A stretch of DNA of 64,000 nt. It comes from Phoronis australis (lineage: Eukaryota; Animalia; Phoronida). The notes under the pieces were generated by a model that saw nothing but the letters and a program-made list of their open reading frames with translations, ran no database searches and had not been told where the DNA came from. Location: positions 183,176-247,175 of the forward strand of contig NMRA01000615.1 in assembly GCA_002633005.1 (NCBI GenBank). The letters run 5' to 3'. Positions 48,501-60,635 of this stretch are shown here, piece after piece. The translations under genes and the position numbers were made by a program. Within the stretch, counting starts at the first letter, position 1; every line of letters starts with the position of its first letter.

Positions 48501-51500
48501 CAGGTTCGATTCTGTGATCTGGGTGATCGTTTAAAATCGCTTTTCTCGCCGATAATGTCCCTGTAAGTACTAATATATTATTCATTCATTGGCAGGCAAC
48601 AGCTATTTGAGTACGATGAAAAAATGGCCAAAAAGGACGACGACGTGTATCACTTTGTCGGTTACATCCCAATAGAGGGCAGGCTATACGAACTGGATGG
48701 ACTGAAGGACGGACCAATAGATTTAGGTACTAATGTCATGATAACTCGTCCGTACTTAATGAAGGCTCCAGTGCTCTGTATAACATGTCATTTTTGGCTT
48801 TCATGTTGGCTGACAAAGTGGACTTTGACAGTTAGTCCTTTCTGTAGCAAAAAGAAATTTAGGAAAACATTGAGACCTTCCGTATGAATTTTGTGAAAAA
48901 TATTTATAAAGAATTAACCAGTGCATTATTTTGTGCGTGAAATATGCTTTTGTGTTCATCAAAGATTTGAAGAATGTAAGTTTGTGGGTTGACATTTGGC
49001 CCTTTCAAAGATATTTGAAAAATATGTAGCCTTTGATAATAGAAATGTTTAGTTACTTTTTGAAAAAGTAAGCAGAATCTCTTGACTGTCTAAAGTGGAT
49101 GAATTTAGTGTAAAGAAAGCCTTTAATAGGACGGTTTTGCTGAGTTTGCATTACTTTCCGCAGGTGCTATTTCTGCAGACTCTGATTGGCTGGATGTGGC
49201 GCGGCCAGCTATAGAGAAGAGGATTCAAAAGTAGGTAGTATACTTCACAAAGGCTCTCTACATGATTAACCTAGTTCAGATAATCAGTTGCATCAATCTC
49301 ACATTCTGTAGGTTTTCTACCTTTCAAATATCTTCTTTGTAAACAACTAAGGAATAAGACATATTCGTGTCTGTTCCGTTGAGCTAACAGCTGCCGATGT
49401 TTTTGTTTAGCCATGATGTCAGTGACAAGTCGTCTGGTTATTGCAACTCGAAACTGTATGCGGCCATGTTGACACATTCTCTGGATATAGTAGTTACTTC
49501 CTGTACAGATCATAAACAGTTTGTGGAATGGGCGGCACCTGACAGCTTTGGGACGGCTCTGAATATTTGGCCACACATTGCTGACTCCAGATGTTTCACC
49601 AGTCGGCACATTTGACAAACATTTGCAAACTGTTGGTATAGATGTTAAGTCGAATAATGGGTGACTTGATGTTCTCCACTAGGTGGTGCTAATGAACACA
49701 GGCTCCTCTTTTTGACATGTGAATGGATTGAGAGCAGAAAGCAGTTCATCAGCACGGGGCGTTTGTCTTGTAAGGGACCCACCTTGTTACCAGGCATTTC
49801 TGTGGGAGAGTGTCATTTCGCTTGTGGCACTGAATGAATTTTGAATTTGCCATTCGGCGTATTGGATGTAAATGTATGTGTGTGCTACCCACATGCTTGT
49901 TATGTTACCCACATGCTTGTTATGTTAACCATACTCTTGTTGTGTTTCAGGTACAGTAGTGATGAGATTCACTTCAACCTTCTGGCTCTTGTGTCAGACA
50001 GGAGAATGACTTACAGTAAACAGCTTGAGCAACTCAAGGCACAGCTTGAGGTATAGCGAGGGTGACAAGTGTGGTCAGGGTATTGGGACGGGACAGGTAT
50101 TGGGAGGGGACAGGTATTGGAAGAGGGTGGTTGCATGTGCCTGAGTTACTGGGATAGTGGGTGTGGCCATGTTGGTGGGTGTGGCCATGTTGGTGGGTGT
50201 GGCCATGTCAGTGGGTGTGGCCACATTATAGTGTGTGGCCACATCAGTGAGTGTGGCCATGTTAGAGGGTGTGACCTTGTTAGTGGGGGGTGGTCACATT
50301 AGTGGCTGCAAAGTTATTAGGTGTGTGGCGAGATGCTAATGAGTGCGGCCATGTTAGGCTCTGTCACCATTGGTGGCCAAGGCGGTGGCGGTGTTGTGGG
50401 TGTGGTGCACTTGTCATAAGTTCCTACATTTCCTACAGGAGTTGTGAAGAAGGTCAAAAGCTCACTAGTCTCTTGTTGTATCACTAAGCTATGATGGTGA
50501 AGATATCGTGGGACGAAGATTGGTCGACTGAAGTGTATCGCCAGGTTATTTGGCTGAAGTTCTGTAATCTGTTTTTTGCCAGTTTTGTATGAGAGTTTTT
50601 TTAATGATTTTTGAAAAGTATTGCGACAGTCATTGATAGTGTTCAATTACTGCATGCTTTTCTTTCACAACTCAGCTGACATGTTCACTCTTTCGTTGAC
50701 TTTATTTTGGGTAGCGCTTTAAATATGCATTATCTGTGAGAATAACGATTTTCTGAGATCAGCGTGAGTGCGGAATCGAACCTGGAGCTCGTGCAGTTGT
50801 AGTCCAATGCTCTACAGATGTACCTAAATCACACTCCATAATAGTATGTTAAGAATATTCAATTGGTAAAGTCACACAGCCTTGATTTCAGAGAGTGTTT
50901 AGCAGACAGTGGTAAGAATTGGTTATTTGTAATAAAATCTCAGAACAACCGAGATTTTGTTGTTCTATAGCTTGTCTCAAAGGTAATAACTTCAAGAATT
51001 CTATCCCATCCAATAATGATCTCAAAATGCGTTTTTCGGCCATAAAGCCTATAACGACCCTTTAAATGAAGAGCATTTGATGTAACAACCACTGTGAATA
51101 CGCAACAACTGATGCGACTGTGGTACTTATTACTCCAGACAGGTATGGAGACGGACACAATACAACAGGAGATCAATGATTTACAAGAACTCATTACACA
51201 GGAAGACATCAAGTTTCAGAAATACAAGGTGAGACAACGAGGCTGCTGGTCTCTTCCTGTGCTGACTAAAATTACTGGCCTTTAGTGACGTTCCTAATGT
51301 GAAATTTTACCCAAAATTGTCCCTGTGTTTTTTGTCAAGCAAGTTTTTTCTAAGATTTTGTTGCGTTGATACAAAATCTCCTGGGATTCTGACAAATTTC
51401 ACGGGATCAATCCTTGAAAATTCTATTCATGTGAAGACCTTTTTTTACTCAATCAAAAGTCCGAGCCAGACTGCTCTTGGCATTATTTCAGTTTGTGCAT

Positions 51501-53303
51501 GCCTTGATAGTTATTGTCACTGATGGTGATCAGTCTCTTAGATGTCTAGGAAGGGAACTTTCAAATCTTGCCAATAGGGGCTACTGAGCTTGCTAGGATT
51601 CTCATTGCATGGGTACACGGATTGGTGGAAACAATTCTTGTGAAAAAAAATCGCACAAAACTATGGATTTAGAAATAAATGAAAATGCTTTTAATGTTAC
51701 AATTGGACATATGTATATGAAATAGAGGGTTGTATTCTGGTAAAATCCATGGCAGTGGCAGTAGAAAATGACTAGCGTCAGAGACACCTATGAGGTACAA
51801 TAAAAGAAACCACTTAACACTCATTGAGTTGGTGATCAATGTGATGGACTACTGGAATTTGATTCAGTCGACTTTCTGTGGGGAATCGAGTGTTAAAATA
51901 TTTTATGTTATTGAAATGTGCTCCTGCTCACTTTAAACTTAGCTCTGTTGCGTTCAAGGTATGCAATAAACTAGTGAGGAAAGCTATAATTGTGATCGCG
52001 TGTTCTGCTTGTAATACATGGCGATGTCTCGCAAAGACTTGCATAATCTAGACAAAAGTGTTTTCATTATTTTTTTGTCTAAAGCACACTGCACAAGAAC
52101 ACGGACTTTCATTTTACCCAGTTGTGAGATTTGTTGTAATTTTTTGCTGATAATATAATAATAATAATTGTTGCGTTTAGGTTGAGAACATCCGTCGCCG
52201 TCACAACTATTTACCATTCATTATGGAGCTTCTGAAAGTTCTGGCTAAGGAGGGAAAGTTGGTCGATCTCGTCGGCAAGGTCAGAGGTCAAATATAGTAC
52301 TCTGGTGATCAGAGTACGGTAGTTTTCAAAATAAATTGGACATTCTATTTGTCAAACTATTGCAAATGTTCGATCTGCGAGTATTTGATTGCAGATCTGG
52401 CTAAATTTTAGAGAGATTTCTAAAGAATACTCTCTGGGATCTCCCGTCTATTTTAGCTATTAAAGTTTGTTGTCAAACATGAGCAATTTAAGCATTAATA
52501 TGTAAAATTTGGTTGCATTTGGCTGTTTTACCAGTGAAAGGTTGTCCAGTTTGTTTGGAAAGTATTCCGCATTTGTTGGGGTTATGAAAATATGGGCACT
52601 TAATTGTAAGCTGCATTATTGCATTGCCAACTTGCTATCACTCAATGGCTGACTAATCTTCGAGTCCTCTTTTTGAAAAATTGGGTTTGCCTGTAAATGT
52701 GTTGTGGGATGGGTAGGCCAAACTGTTCATTTCTTTGTACTGTTGTTGGCCACTTTGTTTCACAGGGCAAATTCACATTTTTTTAGTAACTGTTCTTTCC
52801 GAAACACTGGATTAGTGCAGTAGATTGAATTAAATTTGCTTTCGTAGATCTCATTTTGTACTCTACATGCCGAAAGTATTCTGAAAAAATACCGTTTCCC
52901 TTTCATGACGCCTCAATCTACGGTAGCTAGTCTGACGATGAATTCAGCCATCATTTCTGGATCACTTTTCTGATAATTTTGGCATGTGCTTTCTCTGAAG
53001 TCACTTACAGCCATGGTTTTGCGACCTAATAAAAATCGAGTTGCATAATTTAAATTACCATGAATGTTTGTTCTTGGACACATCAATGACCTTCAATCAT
53101 GTGTTAAAGTGTGAAACACTGGTTTGTTGTGAACTATTCTAGAAACAGAAAGCTCTCAAAAGATGGCGCTGTGTGTGAATGTGACTTTATGCAGCACACA
53201 CACCTCATGTTGTTGCGTAACTGTTCATTTTCAGGCCAAAGAAAAAACAGCCCAGCGTAAGAAGGAAAAAGAAGAGAGAGAAAGATCGACAGCGAACTCC
53301 TGA
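42580..53303 (+). CDS. UCHL5: Ubiquitin carboxyl-terminal hydrolase L5 (UCH37), 328 aa: exons 42580-42652, 45602-45665, 46321-46426, 46892-47017, 47445-47506, 48596-48726, 49164-49230, 49951-50050, 51139-51228, 52181-52279, 53235-53303
   Basis: [25 protein letters not shown]|[13 protein letters not shown]...|[11 protein letters not shown]...FFAKQ|[13 protein letters not shown] (catalytic Cys)...|[21 protein letters not shown]|...[20 protein letters not shown] (His, Asp)...|...|[17 protein letters not shown]...|...|[19 protein letters not shown]...|AKEK. 987 nt, all GT-AG and in phase. It lacks the long BAP1 insertion. Confidence 0.97.
42886..44521. mobile_element. Merlin-like DNA transposon (about 170-bp TIRs) in UCHL5 intron 1, spanning the 530-N gap
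   Basis: Left end GGTAACTGTTTACAATATGACGACATTGAC; right end GTCAATGTCGTCATATTGTAAACAGTTACC; inverted similarity extends to about 43057 and 44341; flanks CCTTCCTT/CCTTCCTC (8-bp TSD, 1 mismatch). GG termini with an 8-9-bp TSD are characteristic of Merlin. Confidence 0.78.
48445..48557 (+). mobile_element. Degenerate tRNA-derived SINE fragment
   Basis: Box-B-like CCAGGTTCGATTC; homologous to the reverse complement of 50728-50840. Confidence 0.6.
49886..49925. repeat. Perfect 20-bp tandem duplication upstream of UCHL5 exon 8
   Basis: TACCCACATGCTTGTTATGT x2. Confidence 0.9.
50075..50410. repeat. G-rich 18-bp minisatellite region in UCHL5 intron 8
   Basis: GGACAGGTATTGGGA-type units followed by multiple degenerate GTGGGTGTGGCCATGTT(G/A) units. 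Confidence 0.85.
50728..50840 (-). mobile_element. Degenerate tRNA-derived SINE fragment
   Basis: Reverse strand TATGGAGTGTG...GTAGAGCATTGGACT...CCAGGTTCGATTCC...AAAATCGTTATTCTCACAGATAATG aligns with 48445-48557. Confidence 0.6.
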
Positions 53304-56300
53304 GTTGTACAAAACTGTGCTACTTACTAATGTTAAAACCTGTTCGTTTCTGTCAAATGGAATTGGGTCAGTGACATATCAACTTAAGACTTTGTGATGT
53401 TATGGGAAACTGTAAGAATACAAAAGATCTGCCAGGGAGTCGTGATTATAATTGTGCTAAAATCATCGATTCGGCTCTTTGCCCGTGTGTCAATGGATTT
53501 CCATTTCCGATCAAAACCAACCCTGGTCGACCATCATCATTTATTTAGAAATGACGTGTCGTTATCAGGTCAAATAAGACACTGCAGAAACTGATAAAAC
53601 ACTAAAATCTGGTAAAGTTGCTTAAAAAACATCTATTAAAGACATTAGATTTCAAGTATTTTGGGTCGTCCCTTCATCATTTGTGAACAAATAATGTGAC
53701 ACAAAAGGGATACTTATTCCAACCTGTTCAAAACTACAAATGGAAGGGATATTGGAACATAGAAGACAAAAAACAAGAGGAAAGGAATAAATGTAGTTAG
53801 AGGAAGTGACTCCTGTGGCCCTTCATTAAGACCACTGTTGTCCTCGAAGTGAAGCAAAATCAGATTTCTTTAGATCCCTGCTTGTGTCTTTAATATTTTT
53901 AACGTAATTTTACTGGATTTCAGAGTTTTTCACCACCTTCTGCATGGTATCTATTATTTAGATTGTTCCACACTGCGGCCATTCAAGGCATTGAAGAGTA
54001 TAATGAAAGCAAAAAAAACGTTTGGCATTGATTTTAACTGACTTGGCCAAGCCTTCCTGTTGAGCCCAGTCATACAGACCTGCGTGCGAGATTTAAGGTC
54101 CTTCTAATGGTGGAAAGCAATTGTTGCCGTGGAAACCAAATTATTGAGACCACATCCTTGGAGTTCATCACCCTAAATTCGAAAGTCCAATGGGGAAATA
54201 ACACTTCGAAGTGGTCACTCTCGGGTTGCGTACTTTGTGAGGTGCAAAGGACTAGGATTGAAGCTACAATGATTGACCAACTGAACTTAGTGTCTATTAG
54301 TGGTGTCACATTCAAGCCTGAGGTGTAAATAAAATTTTGGTGAAATCCCGTGTAGAGGTATGTTCTGTTACCTTCTTTTTAGAACCCCAGTTTGCAAATT
54401 GTGGGGGTAGTGGAGAGATTCGCCCTAGGGCCAGAATTTTTGTTCTCGCGATACAGGCCCAGGACTTTGAAAAAATGACAATTCTATATTGTTGAGACCA
54501 GGCTCTACAAGTTGTCTTGTCACTGCGTGTCATTGTTTGCAGCGAGAATGGTTTAAATGGTGAATAATTAATTTTCAATTTTATTCCTAAAAAACCGCTC
54601 TGAGGTGGTGATGTGGATTTTAGAAATGATGAACTTTCAATTCTTTGCAAACCCGTGTACAAAGCAGTTCTGGTGTGGATAAGGAACTAACTGAGATCAA
54701 TTTTACAGCGGTGGATTATCAATCAACCTCGTGCATTACTATTCGGCGTTCGCAGTGTTGCGTGTTCAGTGCTGCAAAAACTCCATTAAGATTTTATGTT
54801 CTAACCCCACCACAACTGCATATTCATTAAAAAGTAACGAGAGGCGTACAAGAAAATTAACCAGGCACAGCTGCTTCGACTGAGATGCGCATGATTTGGT
54901 CGGCACCTGTATCCTGCGTTACTCACTATAACGAGTTGTATAGGAGACGGAGGTGGACGGTCCGCGTCACTGTTAATAACCACTAGCCTTATTGTAAGTA
55001 AACGTAATTAGTCTGTTTTTTGACGGAGAGTACGTAGCACATACATCCTAAATAGCTGCAACGGGTAGGTGCGGTATTGTGATAAAAGATGTGTAAGTCC
55101 TTGTCGATGAATTCTGTCCTGTTTAGTCAAATACATACATACAACACTGTAAGTTTTAACTCTGAAAAAAAGTCATATTTTCTGGAGGAAATACCAATCA
55201 GACATTGAGGGTCACGTCGCCTTAGCTGTTTAGTAAAATTTAGAAAAAAAGAAAGTACATTCATAGCAAAACATCAGCATCAACGGCATGGACAAATTTC
55301 GTTTGATATGGATATTCAAGAATGCTGTTAAAATTTTCTAAATCATCAGTTCGTTTTGGTTTGCAACGTTTTTTAGTTTTTTATTGGCAAACTATAAAAA
55401 CCTTATTTTTGTACTTTTAATAGCTTCTCGTGGCAAGTTGAACATTTTAAAAACAACATTTGGTGAAAAATGCATAAGACATAGTATCAGAAAGTTTCAT
55501 ACGAATCTGAAATGCCAGTTGTGAGATATGATGCTCCGAAGTTGAGACACTTTTGGTGCTTTTGTTTTGCTTTTCACCCGCCCACCCACTTTTCTTATGC
55601 GGTGCCGCCATCGAATGTACCCCCGATTGGGAACCATGACGCCAAAGGTACTGAAACAAAGTTGCAAACAAATTTGCCCGGCTGAGGTTAAGATATACAT
55701 GTACCTGATAATGCCCCGATAGGCGTTTCGTTGAGCGGACCTGCTAGGAAGGGTCGGATTGTGAGGAGCAGAATTCGGTCGCAAATGTATTCAGTTCGTA
55801 TGACTCGAGTAAAAACTTGCACGTACACTGTATTCATAAGGCCGTGGCATAACTATTGGAATGTTTAATGACATGACGTATTAGCCACTAGTTATGGTGC
55901 GATTTGGACCCACACATTGGAATAGAGGTGCACAGTTACATTACATTTTAGAAAATTTTGCCGGTCTTGGATATTTTTCCGATTCAGGTAACCACGGGGA
56001 GCAATTTAGCACTTGGACCGTCCAAGTAAAAAAGTTTTTTTACAAAATTATGTGTTTTGATTACTCGGTGTTGGGCAACGATTGCACCCATTGCATGCTC
56101 CTTGGGAATTCAAAAGGATTGGAATTGACCTGGTCCATAGCCAGGTAACAATTTTTGAAATGGCTAGTAACTTACAGAGCTACGTAAATCTCATAGGCGG
56201 ATTTAGGGGATACCCGCCCCAGCTTGGCTGCCGCAAAAAATAAACCAGCAAGAGCGTAGGGAAATGTTGAGTTTATTAATTAACCCCGGTAATTAAAATT

Positions 56301-57007
56301 ATACGGATGAAACAAGATTCAAATGTGTGCAGTTTTAGTGTTTAGGGGGCTCAGATCCAATTTCAAGTGTCAAATTCGGAACACGGCGCATTCGTAACGG
56401 AACTATGGCTTAGTATACATGTAGGTTCTCCCGCCTTATCCCAGGCGACCCGCAGTGGCGCTGCGCACTACGACACGTCGTCTGCTCCACTGTGCAATGA
56501 AGAAAATTGACTTCATTTTTTCAAAAAATGGAACCTGAGTGACGATAAAAAAACAGAAACTGCTGGTAAGATGTGAATTTTAATCGAAGCCTTAGTGAAT
56601 CACTCAGAAACTCATAATTCTCTATTTGTCAAACTTTAACTTAAGAAGATTTCCGAAGCAATCCCGTCATTATTGCCAACACGAAAAACGGATTTGGTCT
56701 TCTGGGCATTTGAAGACTATTTTAAATACAACAAATTTGTTAAGAACCGATTGCACAAAATATAAAACGTATAATAAGCATTACAAAAAGAAGTTGGTTT
56801 CGCGCGCAAACGCTGTGGACTATAAACAAGTAGGTCTCTAATTGACCTATCGCCAGGATTATGCCGGACGGCTTAATTGACCAATCATAACAAAGCATTC
56901 TTGGCACACCTTCGTCTGGGTTTCCAAGCCGCCATTATACCCGACAAACCACACGTAGTCGAGTAAAACTTACTTTAGTCTATAGCTCAAGAAATTGTCC
57001 GCTAAGA

Positions 57008-57222
57008 ATGGGGAAACGGTGTTGATATGGCGTGTGTAGCACCGACAGCCGTTATGCTGCTCCAGAATAATATCCCGTCATTTTTGGCATGTCCTAAGCC
57101 GAAAAATGATGTTGAAAAGCGTAAACTATGGATCAAACTGTACGGCCACACAAGCAGCTGAACTTAGCGATGTTGCTTGATAACTCGAAGGCTATAATAA
57201 ACACAAATATATTAGTTCCAAG
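57008..57222 (+). pseudogene. Disrupted THAP-domain coding sequence
   Basis: MGKRC*YGVCSTDSRY.../SFLACPKPKNDVEKRKLWIKLYG/PHKQLN.../NKHKYISSK retains the THAP C-x4-C...P...W pattern, with stops and frameshifts. Confidence 0.72.
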
Positions 57223-57743
57223 ATACGCACTTTTCAGCTTGGTGGCTATATGGTGAAGGGCTATCTCAGATTGTGACTCCCCAGTTTCCTACGTCTGGCC
57301 GCCTTTGTCTCGACACCTGCTGGATCTCAGCACTCTAGCGGTATNNNNNNNNNNNNNNNNNNNNNNNNNNNNNNNNNNNNNNNNNNNNNNNNNNNNNNNN
57401 NNNNNNNNNNNNNNNNNNNNNNNNNNNNNNNNNNNNNNNNNNNNNNNNNNNNNNNNNNNNNNNNNNNNNNNNNNNNNNNNNNNNNNNNNNNNNNNNNNNN
57501 NNNNNNNNNNNNNNNNNNNNNNNNNNNNNNNNNNNNNNNNNNNNNNNNNNNNNNNNNNNNNNNNNNNNNNNNNNNNNNNNNNNNNNNNNNNNNNNNNNNN
57601 NNNNNNNNNNNNNNNNNNNNNNNNNNNNNNNGCGAAATTTAGCAGACGACAGAATAAAAATATCGGTGAATCTTTACTGATTTTATTAGAAAGATCATGA
57701 AATCTATGGAATCGTACAGATAATTCGACTTGAAGGTACATAC

Positions 57744-58009
57744 CCAGCTTTACATGAACATATCGTATCAGTGGCCTTGTCATTTGCTAGGTGAAGGTGG
57801 CCCCGAGGCAGAGGGGTTCTTCGGATTTTCGCTGGCTCCTCGAGCCATTTTTTCATCGTCACCTTTACAAATTCCCATATCATGAACGTACGATTCTCTG
57901 TTGAAAAGCATCGCCTCTTGTCTCTGTCGAAGCGTTTTCAAATAGTGCAAAAACACTCATCGATTCCACCAGGAACGTCGTTTAGCGATAGTGTATTTGC
58001 CTCTGACAT
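57744..58009 (-). pseudogene. Disrupted N-terminus of a transposon accessory gene (SWIM-like finger; YqaJ-type ORF inferred)
   Basis: Frameshifted fragments MSEANTLSLNDVP.../ESYVHDM.../SQRKSEEP.../ATDTICSCKAG ending at a GTATGT donor. Confidence 0.55.
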
Positions 58010-60635
58010 CTCGTTCGAATGTCGGGTATCACGTGACTTTTCGCATAGGGGCGGAGCTTGCGATAGGTCAATTGTCACGTTAGTTAAATCGTGATGGGGT
58101 AGTGGTAAAGCACGCGCGCTCTAACCGCCAGGTCGTGACTTCGAGTCTGTGGTACTTGCAGTTTTTCCTGTTTGACACGTGCTCCGCGTTTGTTTTTTTT
58201 TTTTTTTGCCTTTTTTTCTTGGATAATATTTCAGGAATCAAGGAAAACGCATGACTTTTAGAGGAAAAAACAGAAAAATTTCCTGGGCGTGAGGGGGGGC
58301 AAACCCCCGTCCCGACCTCCACCCATTCGGTGCTATACGCTTCTACAATCGTGATTGGCGCAAATGCTTACAGCCGGACAAAATCTTGGCCCCTTGTGAT
58401 ATCCTAGATCCGCCACTGAATCTGGCTTAATTATTATCAATGTTTTTTTTAATTTTGGCATTTTAATTTTATTTTACGGGGCACATCAAAATGATGTCAC
58501 ATTAATCAAGCGAATTACCTTCATCGTTAACGTATTAATAAGTGTGACTGATATTGAATGAAATGCCCGTGAGAATATCTCAAACCTTATTCACAAAAAT
58601 TGGCCGTTTTTACAATATTTCACAAATGTCTAGCAAAGCACCTTATCTTCATTCTCTGGGAACTTCAAATAAGAAATATGTGTCATGTAGCGAGAAAAAA
58701 GATTTAATGGAACCACCTTGAACCTCGTGGAAGTTTGAGGTCAAAGGTTACAGGGCTGTCGCGCAAACTGAATGTTCCGCTAGCCATACAGTGTAGATCA
58801 GTGCCGTACATCAATGTACCCTTGCTCAGTCCTGTCATTCAACGAGTCGCTTTGATAACATTGAGCCAACAATGGATAGAAGGATGCCGCGGAAAACGAA
58901 GGCAAAACATAGTTTTGATACTTAGGGAGCTGTGCGTCTGCATGCTTACGATCATTGAGAACGATGCACCGTCCAAGTCCGCCGCGCCGCCTCTGTTACT
59001 TTGTGGTCATGATCACAGCAAGTTGCGAAAAGAGATAAATTCTCATCCAAATTCGTTAATTTTATCGATAATTTGACATTTCGCTGTTTCGATATCGTCA
59101 CGGTTCGCTTAAGGTACCGGTATTTCTGTTGTCCATTTTGTTTTTGGATTCATATTAGTCTCTCGGGCGCAGGGAGTGTACTGCAATGAACTGTTGACCT
59201 ACTTAACAACTGACCCCGCCTTGACCTAGCTTGACTCGAGGCATATTCACAAAATTATAACGCCTTAGTGACAATAAAGTTAATTACGCAGTGAAAATTC
59301 AGTTGACATTGAGTGAATGTTGAATTAGCAAACGTGGTTAAGGCATGTATAAGTTATATTGACCAAAAACAAGTTTTGACCGAAGAATTAAGCGATTATT
59401 GTTAGATTTTGAAGACTCGCTACGTTTTCCGCTTTTTCTCGGCTTCGGCCAAGTCGATTTAATTTGAACATAGGAAAATGAGCTCTCGAAAACCGGGTTC
59501 GGTAGATTTCACTGAAACTTTCTGATTTTAAAATTTATTCACCAATCTAAAAACGCTGTTAGGGGTTTCCTTTTAAACGCCTAGTTTTTTCCAACTATAT
59601 GATAGACGGATACGACTGCTATTTCTTACAAAAATACCTAACGTTTTGCAAATAAACTTGACATAGAAACAAAATTAAATGAATGTTATCAGTAGTAAAA
59701 TTCCTAACAAAGTTTTTAGGGTATGTTGTGAAGTTTTCACAGGCTTTCATTACAATCGACCAAAGCGTTATGCTGCTATGAATGTACTATTCTTATCGTA
59801 ATAATAATAATAATGGCATATAAATATAAATATAAAACATATTTTTATAATCTCTGATATTTTTCTTTCAGAAAATATATAGTTTTACGAGTTGACATAG
59901 CCTGGTTAAGTTTTTGATTTATGAATTAAAATGAAGGTCACTAAATAAAGATTGAGATAAACTTAATTTTGTTGTACAATATAAGATGAGATTGGGTACG
60001 CGGAGCACGCGTATTGTGATACTTTATCGTTATACATTGTACACCTGAGATAACAAGAAATAAATTTCTTCCGAGGGACGTATATTTCATAGTCAAATTC
60101 AGTATATGTCAGTAAGCGCATATTTTGCAGCACAGTACGCGCATGTGCATCAAAGTTTGTCATGAACATCTCGAAGACACTCCTTTTGTTACAACGCGTG
60201 CCTCGATATGAACGCCAGTCCGACCTCTCGCCTGCCAGAGGGCGACTAACAGTTAACTTCTTCAACTGGTTGTGGCAGTTATTGTTACTGACACGACAGC
60301 TATTCACTGATTTCTTATAGAAGGTTGAACTCGCACAGTGCCGCACGCCTCTCGCATTCAATGTGAAATAATGAAAACACTGAGCGCATCTTGGTTCAGG
60401 TGGATAACTGATATTTAACTTTGTATTCCCTGCCGCTTCAGAGGATATTCAAGGAAACACGTTAGGCTTATTAGCTCACTGATTTCTCTTAATTGTATAT
60501 CTTGGATGGAGAATAAAGCAGAATGTTTTTCTTGAAACAGGTTGGCGTACACTGGTGTCCGCGTCAAGAACTGAATTGGCCTGTGACCTGTGACATTGGA
60601 CTGGACACAGTAGGCCTACTGTAGTGATAGAAAAC

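Larger units (their letters stand above)
56843..58070. mobile_element. Decayed ISL2EU/Harbinger-like transposon with two convergent gene remnants (contains an N gap)
   Basis: TIR TGACCTATCGC / GCGATAGGTCA flanked by AT on both sides; THAP remnant on + and a CxCKAG (SWIM-like) remnant on -. Confidence 0.75.
56192..58418. mobile_element. 5-bp-TSD (hAT5-like) non-autonomous element carrying a nested transposon
   Basis: Ends CATAGGCGGATTTAG...CTAGATCCGCCACTG; perfect TSD AATCT at 56187-56191 and 58419-58423. Confidence 0.85.

Noticed and set aside
50069-50302. ORF with repeated GCGHV, resembling a metal-binding peptide
   Set aside because: Translation of the intronic 18-bp minisatellite, with no real ATG or splice support.
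55207-59227. Possible third, outer transposon layer around the nested element
   Set aside because: The inverted match between about 55209 and 59226 is weak and gapped, and no TSD was found.
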